Assembly (NCBI RefSeq): GCF_001194135.2
Contig: NC_068990.1
Location: forward strand, 3,620,509 to 3,684,508
DNA length: 64,000 nt
Direction: 5' to 3'
Source of the DNA: Octopus bimaculoides
Lineage: Eukaryota
Positions 52,226 through 64,000 of the stretch are shown in pieces (the stretch's first letter is position 1; each line of letters opens with the position of its first letter). The notes below the pieces were generated by a model. That model worked only from the letters and a program-made list of their open reading frames with translations, had not been told where the DNA came from and did no database searches. The position numbers were made by a program, and so were the translations under genes.

Positions 52226-54762
52226 ACACTATTATTATGATTGTTTTTATTATCATCATCATCTACATCATCATCCTAATCATTATTATTGCTGTTGTCT
52301 TTATTGTTATTGTTTCTGTTACTTCTGAAATATGTAACAGTCACTGAGAAGGTTTAAAATCATTCGTTATAAATCCATCTTTTCAAGTATTTATTGTATT
52401 ATTCTTTTTGTGTGTTTAATTTTTGTTGTACTCTTGACGAAGCGAAGAGTTATATTTTGGACTCCAAAGAGCAACAGCATGCTTAAAATTTATAGTTTTT
52501 GGCAAATTATTTTGTGGCTGTGTGGCGATGAATACAGAGGAACAGGCAACTGGAAAAAAGAACAGAAAGTGAAAAACCTGTTAGTTTTACAAATGAAAAA
52601 CTTTTCTTTGTCGGTTCAGAATATGGTGAAAACAAATGCAGCGTCAGGTAAAAACACCGTTTAGATCGTCATTGATAATAGCAAAAGCAGCTATAAAAAG
52701 CAAAGCAACACTTCAACTATCGCTGCCACAACACCATCAGCGATGAAATACTAATAAATTTTACAAAAGACATGAGTAGATGGCAGCAACTGCAGCATTC
52801 CTACTATCACACATGCCCTTAGAACAAGATGTTGTGCCCTTAAAAGCGACTCCATTCTCCCTATCAACTTCTTCATAACAGTGGCCATAAATATATACAA
52901 GATAATAACTATTGTCAAACCCCACACAGCAGGAGATATAGCATTCGCTGAATTGAAGTAGAAACACATTCAGTATATATTACGACCTTTTTTAGGTTGT
53001 AAATGCATTAAAAAATCCTGAAAGGAGTATACTTATAGTTGCGACAAAAGGAAAACCAGAGCGTTGACAGTTTTATTCGAGTACAAGGTAAGAGAGATGT
53101 ATGAAATTTGTGTAGAGTTCCATATACACAACAAGGAAAGATGGCAATACTGAACGGTGTTAGACTTACGCCTCAATGAGGAATAGGCTTAGAAAAAAGC
53201 ATCAAGTGAAAAAAAGCATATATATATATATATGCTTTTTTTCACNNNNNNNNNNNNNNNNNNNNNNNNNNNNNNNNNNNNNNNNNNNNNNNNNNNNNNN
53301 NNNNNNNNNNNNNNNNNNNNNNNNNNNNNNNNNNNNNNNNNNATATATATATATATATATATACTAGGATATGTGAAACGGATCAAAGGCAATGCTCACA
53401 GATCTAGTCATTAAGTTACAATGAAGTGAACAAGATATCTGTAGTATTTATATGATTATTCACTTGCATTTGAAAATGATCACAGAGTGCTAATTATCGG
53501 CACAGCAATATCAAAACACAGACAAAGTTATAGACGTGTGAACTGAAAAGTTAATGGATTGCACTGTTTTAGATGTTGAATAAAACACTTAATAGCAATT
53601 AACGAAGATGTGGATTATTTTATTTGAAAATAGCACAAGTTTGGTGACACACAAGCACTACTGAAAAGACAAAATATCAATTATTGGATCAGGAAATATT
53701 GTTAGGGTATTCTCACATAGGATCGGCGAATTGACAGTAACTCAGGCCGTTGGTGAAAAGGGTACATAGTATCTTCTNNNNNNNNNNNNNNNNNNNNNNN
53801 NNNNNNNNNNNNNNNNNNNNNNNNNNNNNNNNNNNNNNNNNNNNNNNNNNNNNNNNNNNNNNNNNNNNNNNNNNNNNNNNNNNNNNNNNNNNNNNNNNNN
53901 NNNNNNNNNNNNNNNNNNNNNNNNNNNNNNNNNNNNNNNNNNNNNNNNNNNNNNNNNNNNNNNNNNNNNNNNNNNNNNNNNNNNNNNNNNNNNNNNNNNN
54001 NNNNNNNNNNNNNNNNNNNNNNNNNNNNNNNNNNNNNNNNNNNNNNNNNNNNNNNNNNNNNNNNNNNNNNNNNNNNNNNNNNNNNNNNNNNNNNNNNNNN
54101 NNNNNNNNNNNNNNNNNNNNNNNNNNNNNNNNNNNNNNNNNNNNNNNNNNNNNNNNNNNNNNNNNNNNNNNNNNNNNNNNNNNNNNNNNNNNNNNNNNNN
54201 NNNNNNNNNNNNNNNNNNNNNNNNNNNNNNNNNNNNNNNNNNNNNNNNNNNNNNNNNNNNNNNNNNNNNNNNNNNNNNNNNNNNNNNNNNNNNNNNNNNN
54301 NNNNNNNNNNNNNNNNNNNNNNNNNNNNNNNNNNNNNNNNNNNNNNNNNNNNNNNNNNNNNNNNNNNNNNNNNNNNNNNNNNNNNNNNNNNNNNNNNNNN
54401 NNNNNNNNNNNNNNNNNNNNNNNNNNNNNNNNNNNNNNNNNNNNNNNNNNNNNNNNNNNNNNNNNNNNNNNNNNNNNNNNNNNNNNNNNNNNNNNNNNNN
54501 NNNNNNNNNNNNNNNNNNNNNNNNNNNNNNNNNNNNNNNNNNNNNNNNNNNNNNNNNNNNNNNNNNNNNNNNNNNNNNNNNNNNNNNNNNNNNNNNNNNN
54601 NNNNNNNNNNNNNNNNNNNNNNNNNNNNNNNNNNNNNNNNNNNNNNNNNNNNNNNNNNNNNNNNNNNNNNNNNNNNNNNNNNNNNNNNNNNNNNNNNNNN
54701 NNNNNNNNNNNNNNNNNNNNNNNNNNNNNNNNNNNNNNNNNNNNNNNNNNNNNNNNNNNNNN

Positions 54763-54793
<31 letters not shown>

Positions 54794-54859
54794 AACATAA
54801 ATACATACAAACATATTAGCTGCCTTCTCGTATACGAGCCAAGCCATTGCTACAAAGAA

Positions 54860-55135
54860 TCATTGAAATGAGTCAATGTTGATGGAATGTGAGGCTCTTG
54901 TGTGGCTATTGAGCTCGGTGAAAGTTTTGCACATCCTATTATATAAAGCACAGTTGTGCTGGCTGGTAGAAGAAACAGGTGTCACAGTATGAATTCTTTC
55001 GACATGCTTTTTCAATACTCCAACCTTCCCATAGGTTGCAAATATTCTGTTGTGAATAATAGGCACATCACAATTTAGCATGTGTCGATTCCTGTGTGTT
55101 TTCTGATGGTTAACCAGGCCCACGCAGCTCAAGCC
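54860..55135 (-). mobile_element. Degenerate C2H2 zinc-finger tract, probably the ORF C-terminus of an RTE-like LINE
   Basis: GLVNHQKTH, ATYGKV..GVLKKHVERIH and CALYNRMCKTFTELNSHTRASH: HxxxH ends are kept but several cysteines are lost. Confidence 0.45.
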
Positions 55136-55141
55136 TCTCTC

Positions 55142-55184
<43 letters not shown>

Positions 55185-56616
55185 NNNNNNNNNNAAATAT
55201 CAATTATTGGATCAGGAAATATTGTTAGGGTATTCTCACATAGGATCGGCGAATTGACAGTAACTCAGGCCGTTGGTGAAAAGGGTACATAGTATCTTCT
55301 CCTGTTCTCTGCGACTTGAGTTTAGATCCCATGGATGTCAAATTAAATATTCCTCCTTTTAATCCATTAGATTGCCGGAACTGTTAGAAGATTGAGCGAG
55401 ATGTCTTGCCGTGTATGTTCTGGCTTTGCTTTTGCATATCCTCCAAGTAAAATTTTCAATATCCTTGCAAGAAGTGGATGTCTGTTATCAGATTTAGCAC
55501 TTATAGCACTTATCAGATGTGTGCTATTTTTCAAATAGAATATTTAAAACCTTCACTAATTGCTATAAAGCCGTTTGTTCTACACCTACAGCAGTGTAAA
55601 TCATTAGCTTTGCAGCTCACATCTGTATAACGCTGTTGTATCTTAATATCGTCGTGCCGATAATTAGCATACCACTGTCATTTTTAAATACAGGTGAGTG
55701 TTCACATTAGTAATATAGATATGTTGTTAGTTAAAACTGAGTGATTAGATGTATAAGGAACATCTTTGATACGTTTTCTATAGTTCAACATATCATGATA
55801 CCTAATGTAAAAGATACTGAGATATATATATATATATATTGAGATATATATATATATATATANNNNNNNNNNNNNNNNNNNNNNNNNNNNNNNNNNNNNN
55901 NNNNNNNNNNNNNNNNNNNNNNNNNNNNNNNNNNNNNNNNNNNNNNNNNNNNNNNNNNNNNNNNNNNNNNNNNNNNNNNNNNNNNNNNNNNNNNNNNNNN
56001 NNNNNNNNNNNNNNNNNNNNNNNNNNNNNNNNNNNNNNNNNNNNNNNNNNNNNNNNNNNNNNNNNNNNNNNNNNNNNNNNNNNNNNNNNNNNNNNNNNNN
56101 NNNNNNNNNNNNNNNNNNNNNNNNNNNNNNNNNNNNNNNNNNNNNNNNNNNNNNNNNNNNNNNNNNNNNNNNNNNNNNNNNNNNNNNNNNNNNNNNNNNN
56201 NNNNNNNNNNNNNNNNNNNNNNNNNNNNNNNNNNNNNNNNNNNNNNNNNNNNNNNNNNNNNNNNNNNNNNNNNNNNNNNNNNNNNNNNNNNNNNNNNNNN
56301 NNNNNNNNNNNNNNNNNNNNNNNNNNNNNNNNNNNNNNNNNNNNNNNNNNNNNNNNNNNNNNNNNNNNNNNNNNNNNNNNNNNNNNNNNNNNNNNNNNNN
56401 NNNNNNNNNNNNNNNNNNNNNNNNNNNNNNNNNNNNNNNNNNNNNNNNNNNNNNNNNNNNNNNNNNNNNNNNNNNNNNNNNNNNNNNNNNNNNNNNNNNN
56501 NNNNNNNNNNNNNNNNNNNNNNNNNNNNNNNNNNNNNNNNNNNNNNNNNNNNNNNNNNNNNNNNNNNNNNNNNNNNNNNNNNNNNNNNNNNNNNNNNNNN
56601 NNNNNNNNNNNNNNNN

Positions 56617-56658
<42 letters not shown>

Positions 56659-57555
56659 TGTATGTGTGTGTTATACTTCGAAGTGATGCACGTTACCAGA
56701 ATTTCCAGCCAAGTTGAATAGAGGAAACCACTCTGAATTCTAAATTCATTTGCAAAGAGAAATGTGACCGTTTGGTAAAAGTATAGATCTTTTAAAACAA
56801 GCGTACATTATGCTATCACACAACTGTAAATCTACGGAAATGCTTACGTTCGTTTGAAAGCACGGAAAGCATTATCTGTATGCATACATGTGTGTGGTTG
56901 GGGTATACTGTGTGTGTATGTTTGGTAATACATAGATATATGTATACAAACATAAATACATACACAAAATCTAAATGTTGTTAAATAATGGTTATTTGAG
57001 TGCTAATTCCCAAATCCTAAATGTGAATGAGTAAATATATTTTTCTATAGCAGTAAACATCGCTAAAATATTATATTGCACTTTCGCTTGCTAAAACGTC
57101 AGTAGAGTTTTTCTTTTCTTTTTATGGAAGCAATGTTGATAAAGGAATCTACTTCAGTTGGCGTCATTTCTTTGAACTTTTTTGGAAGCAAAATGATTAC
57201 TCATTGTTTCAGCATTATTATCTTTTCTGCTCTAGACACAAGGCTCGAAATTGAAGGCAGACTAATTTAACTTTTGAAGTTTTTGCTAAACTATAAAATG
57301 TCACAGCCATGAGGTCTACAGCGCAAAATATACAACAGACAAAACTTAAGGGTTGCATTTCCTTCGAAAAAATATCAAGCGTTAATTCTGGACATTTTTT
57401 GAAAAGTTTGTTTACAGTTTGAGAACCGTTCATTCAAGCTAAAATCAAAATTAGACACATAACAATATCAGTCATCTGAACTTCCGCCATCTATTAAATA
57501 CAATGATATATACAAAATACGAATACCAAACATAATTGAATAATATGGATCTTTA

Positions 57556-57751
57556 AGGCGGCGAGCTGGCAAAATCTTGAGCAGCATTTCGTCCGTCTTT
57601 ATGTACCGAGTTCACATTCCGACGAGGTCAACTTTGCCTTCTATCCTTTCGGGGTCGATAAAATAAGTACCAGTTAAACACTGGGGCCGATGTAATCGAT
57701 TCACTCCTTTTCCATTAATTACTGGATTAGTGCCAAGGTTTGAAATCAATC
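57556..57751 (+). mobile_element. SINE family A with exact 13-bp TSD
   Basis: aggcggcgagctggca..catttcgtccgtcttt..ggggtcgataaaataagtaccagtt..gtgccaaggtttgaaatc. TSD atatggatcttta at 57543-57555 and 57752-57764. Confidence 0.88.
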
Positions 57752-58930
57752 ATATGGATCTTTACAGATAAATTCCCAAAACAAAAAAAGGTAATTTAAA
57801 AATAAATTGTTCTATAACTATGAAAACAAAATATATTTTTGACTAAAATATGTATTTTTAAATTGTATGGATTTCAGATACTAGCCAGGATAATGTTATT
57901 TATTTATCAATGTTAATAGTTTATCGATATCAAGATGTTTTGCCTCAGGTCGACTCCAGTTCCGCAGACTCATTAACAAAGTCATGTTAACCAAAGCAAC
58001 CATTAATATAAGTGTGTAAGTCTCGTACATTTTCAGGGTTTTTTTCTTATTCAAGATATGAAGGTGCAACAAGAAGGCTATTTAGTTGCTATTTATGCTC
58101 GATCGATTGACTCATAGATGCTCCTTCGATGACTCAGTAGACCATAGTAGTGAATGATTGAAGTGATAAAATAGTGTACAAGTTACAGAGTACTTAATGG
58201 GTCGTATCATATCCATATTCCTTCATTCTAACAGGATATTATATCAGTCTTATATTTTACCTCGGTACATACAGGTTGCTTCCACTAACATTTCTTCGAA
58301 TTTATCCGATAAAGTTGTAGCACAGCAAAGTGGAGACTCCTTGCTCTCAGTTGTGGCTTGTTAGAGTTATTATTCGTAGGATAATATTTGTAGAGATTGT
58401 GCTGATCATTTTCAGAATGTGTTATAAATGATATACTTATATTTGTAACATTTTAGATGGACTCATTGACAACTGATGTTTAATTGTATCACATTATTGA
58501 GGTTAAAAATCGCATGTACCGGTAACAAAAACGAAAACAAGATGGTACACAATCTTTAATACTATTAGGACAATGCATATGTAAGTATGCATGTATGTAT
58601 GTATGTATGTATATTAGTAACAAAGATTGGTATAAACTGCGTCTCCACTGAACATGCCCGTTAGCATGGTAAAAGGGACAGACAAACAGACAGAAGAGAT
58701 GTGATCAATATCGGTAAGGTTATTAAGGTTGCTCTTTCTATGGGTTCCACTTAATAGAAACACATCTGGATTTACAAGCGCAGAGAAAAAGACTCACTAT
58801 GTGATGAAAAGATGTTCAGCGCCGGTAATGTTAGCGGCTACATTTGTCAATGGATGCGTACATACACACATTCAGATACATGTGTGAATGTATGTAGATT
58901 TAGATGTATGAGTATATGTATGTATATCAC

Positions 58931-59380
58931 TTTTCAGTTTTATTTCAAGATTTCTTGCCAATAGATTTCTATGTTTTGTTTTATGTATGTATTGTCATGT
59001 ATATAGTTACTTGTTTAGATATGCGTATATATACTTAAATTAAAACTTCAAGAAAGTTTTACAATATTTTACAGTTCCAGTCATGGCTTGGACCTGTAGA
59101 CTTTGAATCAGTTTTCTAGTTTCTGGTTTTGATAGGCCTAATTTCTCAAGATTGGTACTTGGGCAATGTGTTACATATCGCAGCTCCCCAATAATTACAG
59201 GTATAAACCTGAAGTTGTAATTTGAGTAGAGTAACTGAAGATTCCTCAATAGTTCAGCGTTGATATTTTCTTTTTCGCAGATAATTAGCCTTATGTTTAT
59301 ACCACTGGGAAGATGATTTCCACTACAGTACACAGTGTCTCTTCTCTGCTACAGATCACTATGACAGGTCTATTATGCAT
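58931..59380 (-). mobile_element. Second RLE-type non-LTR retrotransposon, 5'-truncated (endonuclease C-terminus plus 3' UTR)
   Basis: Minus strand HNRPVIVICSREETLCTVVEI (HNRPDIV-type motif), then KENINAELLRNLQLLY..FIPVIIGELRYV..GTVKYCKTFLKF*. UTR ends ttggcaagaaatcttgaaataaaactgaaaa. Confidence 0.75.
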
Positions 59381-60089
59381 GCATGTATGTATGTATCTAT
59401 CTATGTATGTATGGATGTATGTATGTATACCTGCACATGTCAAGGTGTACCAACGAGGGAAAAATTATATCATGTAGATGCAAAACTGTATATTTATTCA
59501 TTCAAACTGACAGATTACTCCCTAGCGCATTGTGTAAATTCCTCATTTAAAAGAAAAAAAATGATGGAATAGTAAAATTGTATCACTTGCATAGTTGTCC
59601 TCATACAAGCTTCTTTAATTTGTTGAATATATAATAGCTTAAATTTTCTTTCTTTACTTTTTCTCCACCTCATACGCATTTCATATTTATATCATGTTTC
59701 TTCAGAAAAAATGCATACGATTCGCTTCTTTCAAACTATTTAATTATCTACTACTTCCTAGTATTCTAGAACTTTTCATAGATGTTCCAAAGGTTTAGTT
59801 TTCTAAAGTTGATCTATCAGCTTTATAGTACATCTTGTTTACATCAGCTGGAAATATAGTGTCTCACTAATACAGAATTATTTCACAATTTACTTTCTGA
59901 TTCTCTGATGCCAAGATTGATGAGATGTTTGTCTGGCCTATCTCATCAAAATACTTTTACGCTGGATATACAGAAATAGAATTTTTCTGTATTATTATCA
60001 CTAATTAAATTATTCATTTCGGTTCAACTTCCAACTTTTTTTTAACGATAATATATCACCAAGACGATCAGAATTATTAATAATATTGA

Positions 60090-60465
60090 AGGCACTGAGG
60101 GCGGTAGATCGTGAGAACAATTATATCTTTAGACATAATGCCTTACAGAATTTATATAGTGGACTTCAAACACCGCAGAGGTCTGCACTGCATTTCATCC
60201 TTCAAGGATGGACAAAAGAATATTACCAGTAACGTAATGGGATTAATGTAATCGACTGTTCCCCTTCCCAAAAAATGCAGGCCTAATAGGATAAAATGCT
60301 TAGCGGTATTTCGTCCGTCTTTACTATCTGAATTCAAATTCCGCCGAAGGCGATTATGTCTTTCATTTTTTCGGATGTGGTAAAATTACTACCTGCTGAG
60401 TTACCTCGACCCCAGTAGTCGATGTAACTGACAACTGCTGGCTTTTTACCAAAATTTGAAACTAC
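60090..60465 (+). mobile_element. Two tandem decayed SINE family A copies
   Basis: taatgtaatcgactgttccccttccc..gcaggcct (first tail); aaaatgcttagcggtatttcgtccgtcttta..ttcaaattccgccgaagg..ccaaaatttgaaac (second copy). Confidence 0.65.
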
Positions 60466-60561
60466 AGTTGCACAGTTGGGGAGTACAAACACTCGAACAC
60501 TGGATAACAAACGGTTGTTAGAGACAAATATATACAAACACACTCACCATACATACATACA

Positions 60562-60592
<31 letters not shown>

Positions 60593-60860
60593 GCATAACT
60601 AATTTAGAGACGAACCACCACTCTACAAATCAGTCAACTCAGAACCCGTCCAAATCCATGCTGTGATGCATATACCATCTTCATGTATCTAAGATTTTAG
60701 TCGAAAATTTAAGGTTAATAATATATTATATAAATAAATCATATAAAAAGACGTTCATCATAGAAATATTAATTTAATAGTCAAATTTATAAATTGAAAA
60801 GTATTAATTTCTACTGTCCAATTTATAAATTTATAAATATAAATTTATAAATATATATAT

Positions 60861-61010
60861 ACGACAGGCTTCATTCCGTTTCCGTCTACCAAATCTCAGA
60901 AGTCTTTCTTTCGCTGGCCCAAATGTTACCTGCCCAAGCTGCCACGTAGTGGGACTGAACAATGAATAAAGTGCTTGTGAAGCAAACTTCTTACAACACA
61001 GTGCAATACC
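60861..61010 (-). mobile_element. SINE family B head and body, decayed
   Basis: acgacaggcttcattccgtttccgtctaccaaat..acctgcccaagctgccacgtagtgggactgaac. Confidence 0.65.
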
Positions 61011-61520
61011 ACTAATGATAGAAAGTTGATGATTAAATCGCCTCTGATAATTGCGTACTATATATCAAACCAGCGAGGGTGTCTTTATGTAATCGCTTGA
61101 CATGCTAGATAAAGGAGCCAAACCAAATTTCACTAAAATCACTCAGTATTAACTCAGAGAAGGTTACGTAGGACGTATCGTTCTTGGTGTACTTCTACTT
61201 AGGAAAAAGACATAATACTCACAGTTAGAACACCTTTGATCTTACGTCTGCTCGATCAGTGCTAATCCGTGGACTCGAGCAGAACACCAGCAACAACAAG
61301 GAATATACACTGTTATGGATCACATGGAATATAAAAGGCCGATTTGAAATCGGTGCCATTTAAAAACCTGAACATTAAAGAAATATTACTACTATCAGAG
61401 GTCCTTTTGCGCAGTGCTGCACTAATTTTAATTTAGAGCTACGTTTAACTATTGATATGTTTGTCACCTTTTGTAATTTAGTATTCCTGTTAACCATTTT
61501 TTTTTCTTTTTATTCTCCAG

Positions 61521-61581
61521 CTTTCTCTACAATGCAAAATCTACGGACTTACAGGAATGAGGTTTCCTGGGACAGCACGAA
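61521..61581 (+). CDS. Candidate 61-nt exon, the strongest splice signals I found; product unknown
   Basis: Long polypyrimidine tract ttttttttctttttattctccag and donor aa|gtaagt. Two open frames: xFSTMQNLRTYRNEVSWDST (phase 1) or LSLQCKIYGLTGMRFPGTAR (phase 0). Confidence 0.35.
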
Positions 61582-61619
61582 GTAAGTATGTATCGTAACT
61601 TTTAATTCTGCGTAATATA

Positions 61620-62855
61620 CGAGGGTGGGCTGAAAAGTTCATAGGCTGACCATGAAGGAATTATACTAGAGCTATGAAATATTGCATGCATTAATTTCAG
61701 ATTTTCGTATAAAAAAACTGAACTGTTTTTCCAAGTAAACAGTCAGCATACTGTTCAAGGAAGACTTCAAAATTAGCTAGTACCGACTTTTTTTGAAAAT
61801 CGCCAACATTTGGCATCGTTGTTTTATCAAACAATGCAGAAAAAGGGTTTAACCCCTAATGACATTCACGCTGACATGGTTGCTATATTATGAGATGACA
61901 CTCCACATTTATCAACAGTGCAAACGCGGGCAGTTGAATTTAGAGGGGAAGAATGGGTCTTGAAGATGACCCAGGGTCTTGAAGATGACCTAAGGTCTGC
62001 ACGTTCTGAAGCTACCACCACCGAGGAAAACATTGATCGTGTTCACCAAATGGTGACGGATGACAGGCGACTCACGACAAATCAAATAGTCTAAGTTATT
62101 AGTATACCTAGTGAGATAGTTGAGAATATTCTGGCTGAATTGAAACATGGGAAAATCTGACAGGTTGAAGTAGAACCATCTGCTTTCCTTGAACATTTCC
62201 TAACTCAGGACGAATGATTTTCTCATCACTCAGGAACAGAGACAAAGAGACAATATAAACATTGCAAACACCCCTCCTCACCTGGTCCGAAGAAGACCAT
62301 AGTCGCTTCATGCGCAGGAAAGGCGGTGGCCTCAGTTTGGAGGAAGTAAAAGTATTGTGTTTATTAACGGCCTTCAAATGGGCCAGACTATCAATAGAGA
62401 GTACGATGCCAACTTCCTGAACAGTTACGAAAGTCTATCAAGACCAAACGCCGAGGAAATCTAACAGAAGTTGTCTTGTCTTTTATTCAACAGTACAAAG
62501 CTCCAGTACACAACTTCTTGGTTTTAATGGCTGCTTTGCGTGACTATAACTTTGAACTGGTTGATCATTATTCCTATTCTCTTGATTTGGTCTCATCTGA
62601 CTATCATGTTTCCTAGCATGAAACAACACTTGGCTGGGAGCCAGTATCGAAGTGATGATGACGTCATATCTGCTGTTGATGACGTTTTTGACAAACAGAA
62701 TGAATGCTTCTTCACCAACGAGATCCAAGCACAGCAACACCGTTGTTGGAGTCGTTCGGACTGCAAGGAAAGATATATGTTTAAAAATAAACCTCATCTG
62801 GTGAAAATCCATGAGAGTGTCTTGGTCAGCCTATAAACTTTTCAATTATCCCTCG
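61620..62855 (+). mobile_element. Near full-length (~1.24 kb) decayed mariner transposon with both TIRs
   Basis: Left end ta|cgagggtgggctgaaaagttcataggctgacca; right end tggtcagcctataaacttttcaattatccctcg|tg (TA TSD, right copy mutated). Transposase remnants include EDDPRS, EENIDRVHQMVTDDRRLT and MKQHLAGSQYRSDDDVISAVDDVF. Confidence 0.92.
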
Positions 62856-64000
62856 TGTATGCATTCGTTTTCAATGGTGGAACTTGCAGTAGGTAAAGCT
62901 ATAAATAATACAGTTTAAGCATTGGATTAAAAAGCATTTCGGGTACGAACGATTTTTTAACCCAATATTTAGACGCTATCATTTATAGCTTTATCTACTT
63001 CGAGTCTCACCGCTAATATTGAACTATTTCACGTCTCTTGAACTTTCTAAATTCTTTACGCGCGCGCGCGTGTGTAAAAGTAGTAGAGACACCTGAGTTA
63101 AAAGGGTACTGGACGGAATAATTTTTCAATATTTAGGCCCAATTTCCTTAGTTCGAACTTCAAACATTTGATTGATCTACGCTTTACATCAAATTGCTTG
63201 GATGTCGATAAAAATAATTTCCCTTATCATATAAAGATCAATAAAATTTACTATACAACAGCCGCAAGAATATTTGCTGTTGTGCATACCAAGAGAAAAA
63301 CTAATTATATAGTTTCTTTCATTCTTACAGAAATTCACATAGAAAACACTTCCGTAGAGATATATAATTGTCGTTAAATGAAAAAAGCAGTGTTTTAGAA
63401 CATTTTTTGATGTTCTGTTAAGTGCTTCACTATAAAATTAACGTACCACCCACAAAAATTCAACAGATATTTTTCCATTTTCCTTACTATGTCCATAGGT
63501 GCTGTTTTGGAAATGCTTAATACTACTTCGTCTGAACAATGTCTTACATTTTTTACGAGGATGTGTGCATTATTAATGCAATCGAGCCAGAAATATAATT
63601 TGTGTTTAACTTGTCGATCCCTAGAACGGGAGAAGACAAAATCAAGTATATTTTTATGAAATTATTGGTGATATTTTGTTTCATAAAGATTTAGCCCCTC
63701 AATTTGTAATGTTATAAATTTATTCCAATAATGTAGGGAAACAACCGAAACTTTTGAAGCTATACGTTCATAAATATTTTATATTATACCGCTAGAAATG
63801 GAGTTGAAAATATACATTATATACACATATACAAATATACATATATATGTAATACACAGTTTCCAAGTTTAGAACTGAATCTAGTGTAACTGCGCTTTAA
63901 AATACAAAGACATGTTGCATGCCAACAAAATCATTTATTTACACGTATTTCAAATGCAATTTAGTACGATAGATATATAAATAGTTGTGGTGCTTGTTTA

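Larger units (their letters stand above)
1917..56617. other. 14 assembly gaps (N-runs, about 6 kb in total) scattered across this span
   Basis: N-runs start near 1917, 5011, 7818, 14883, 22747, 25469, 34783, 37320, 38892, 50713, 53246, 53778, 55185 and 55863. Most are bordered by (AT)n or (GT)n. All X-rich ORFs are artefacts. Confidence 0.98.

Noticed and set aside
52751-52969. Cys-containing minus-strand ORFs suggesting a small secreted or GPI-anchored protein exon
   Set aside because: Cysteine spacing fits no family I recognise, and three frames are open, consistent with chance.
53206-53245. Perfect 40-bp palindrome gtgaaaaaaagc(at)ngctttttttcac
   Set aside because: It is centred on (AT)n and ends exactly at a gap, typical of a fold-back assembly artefact.
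53672-55300. Exact 106-bp duplicate at 53672-53777 and 55195-55300
   Set aside because: Each copy abuts a gap and they are identical, indicating an unmerged contig overlap or haplotype artefact rather than a biological repeat.
1030-56717. Long ORFs rich in X, IY, CV, HT, LS or homopolymer runs
   Set aside because: They are translations of N-gaps and microsatellites, not genes.

Overview
AT-rich eukaryotic DNA, most likely an octopus/cephalopod draft scaffold (inferred from the repeat content, not verified). It has 14 N-gaps totalling about 6 kb, most bordered by (AT)n arrays. I recognise no intact protein-coding gene, RNA gene or CRISPR array; most listed ORFs are microsatellite or gap artefacts. 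The window contains: (i) dense di- to pentanucleotide microsatellites; (ii) about 27 copies or fragments of at least four tRNA-headed SINE families (my labels A, B, C, D); (iii) decayed non-LTR retrotransposons (Tx1-like, RTE-like, CR1-like, two restriction-like-endonuclease (RLE) lineages, and a Penelope-like terminal unit); (iv) two distinct decayed mariner transposons; and (v) a few low-confidence candidate exons. The most interesting signals are a ~181-bp Penelope/retrozyme-like unit with a degenerate type I hammerhead fold, a young SINE inserted in register inside the tRNA-like head of an older relative with a Tx1-like tail, an RLE LINE embedded in (TACA)n repeats, and SINE/LINE 3' tail sharing.
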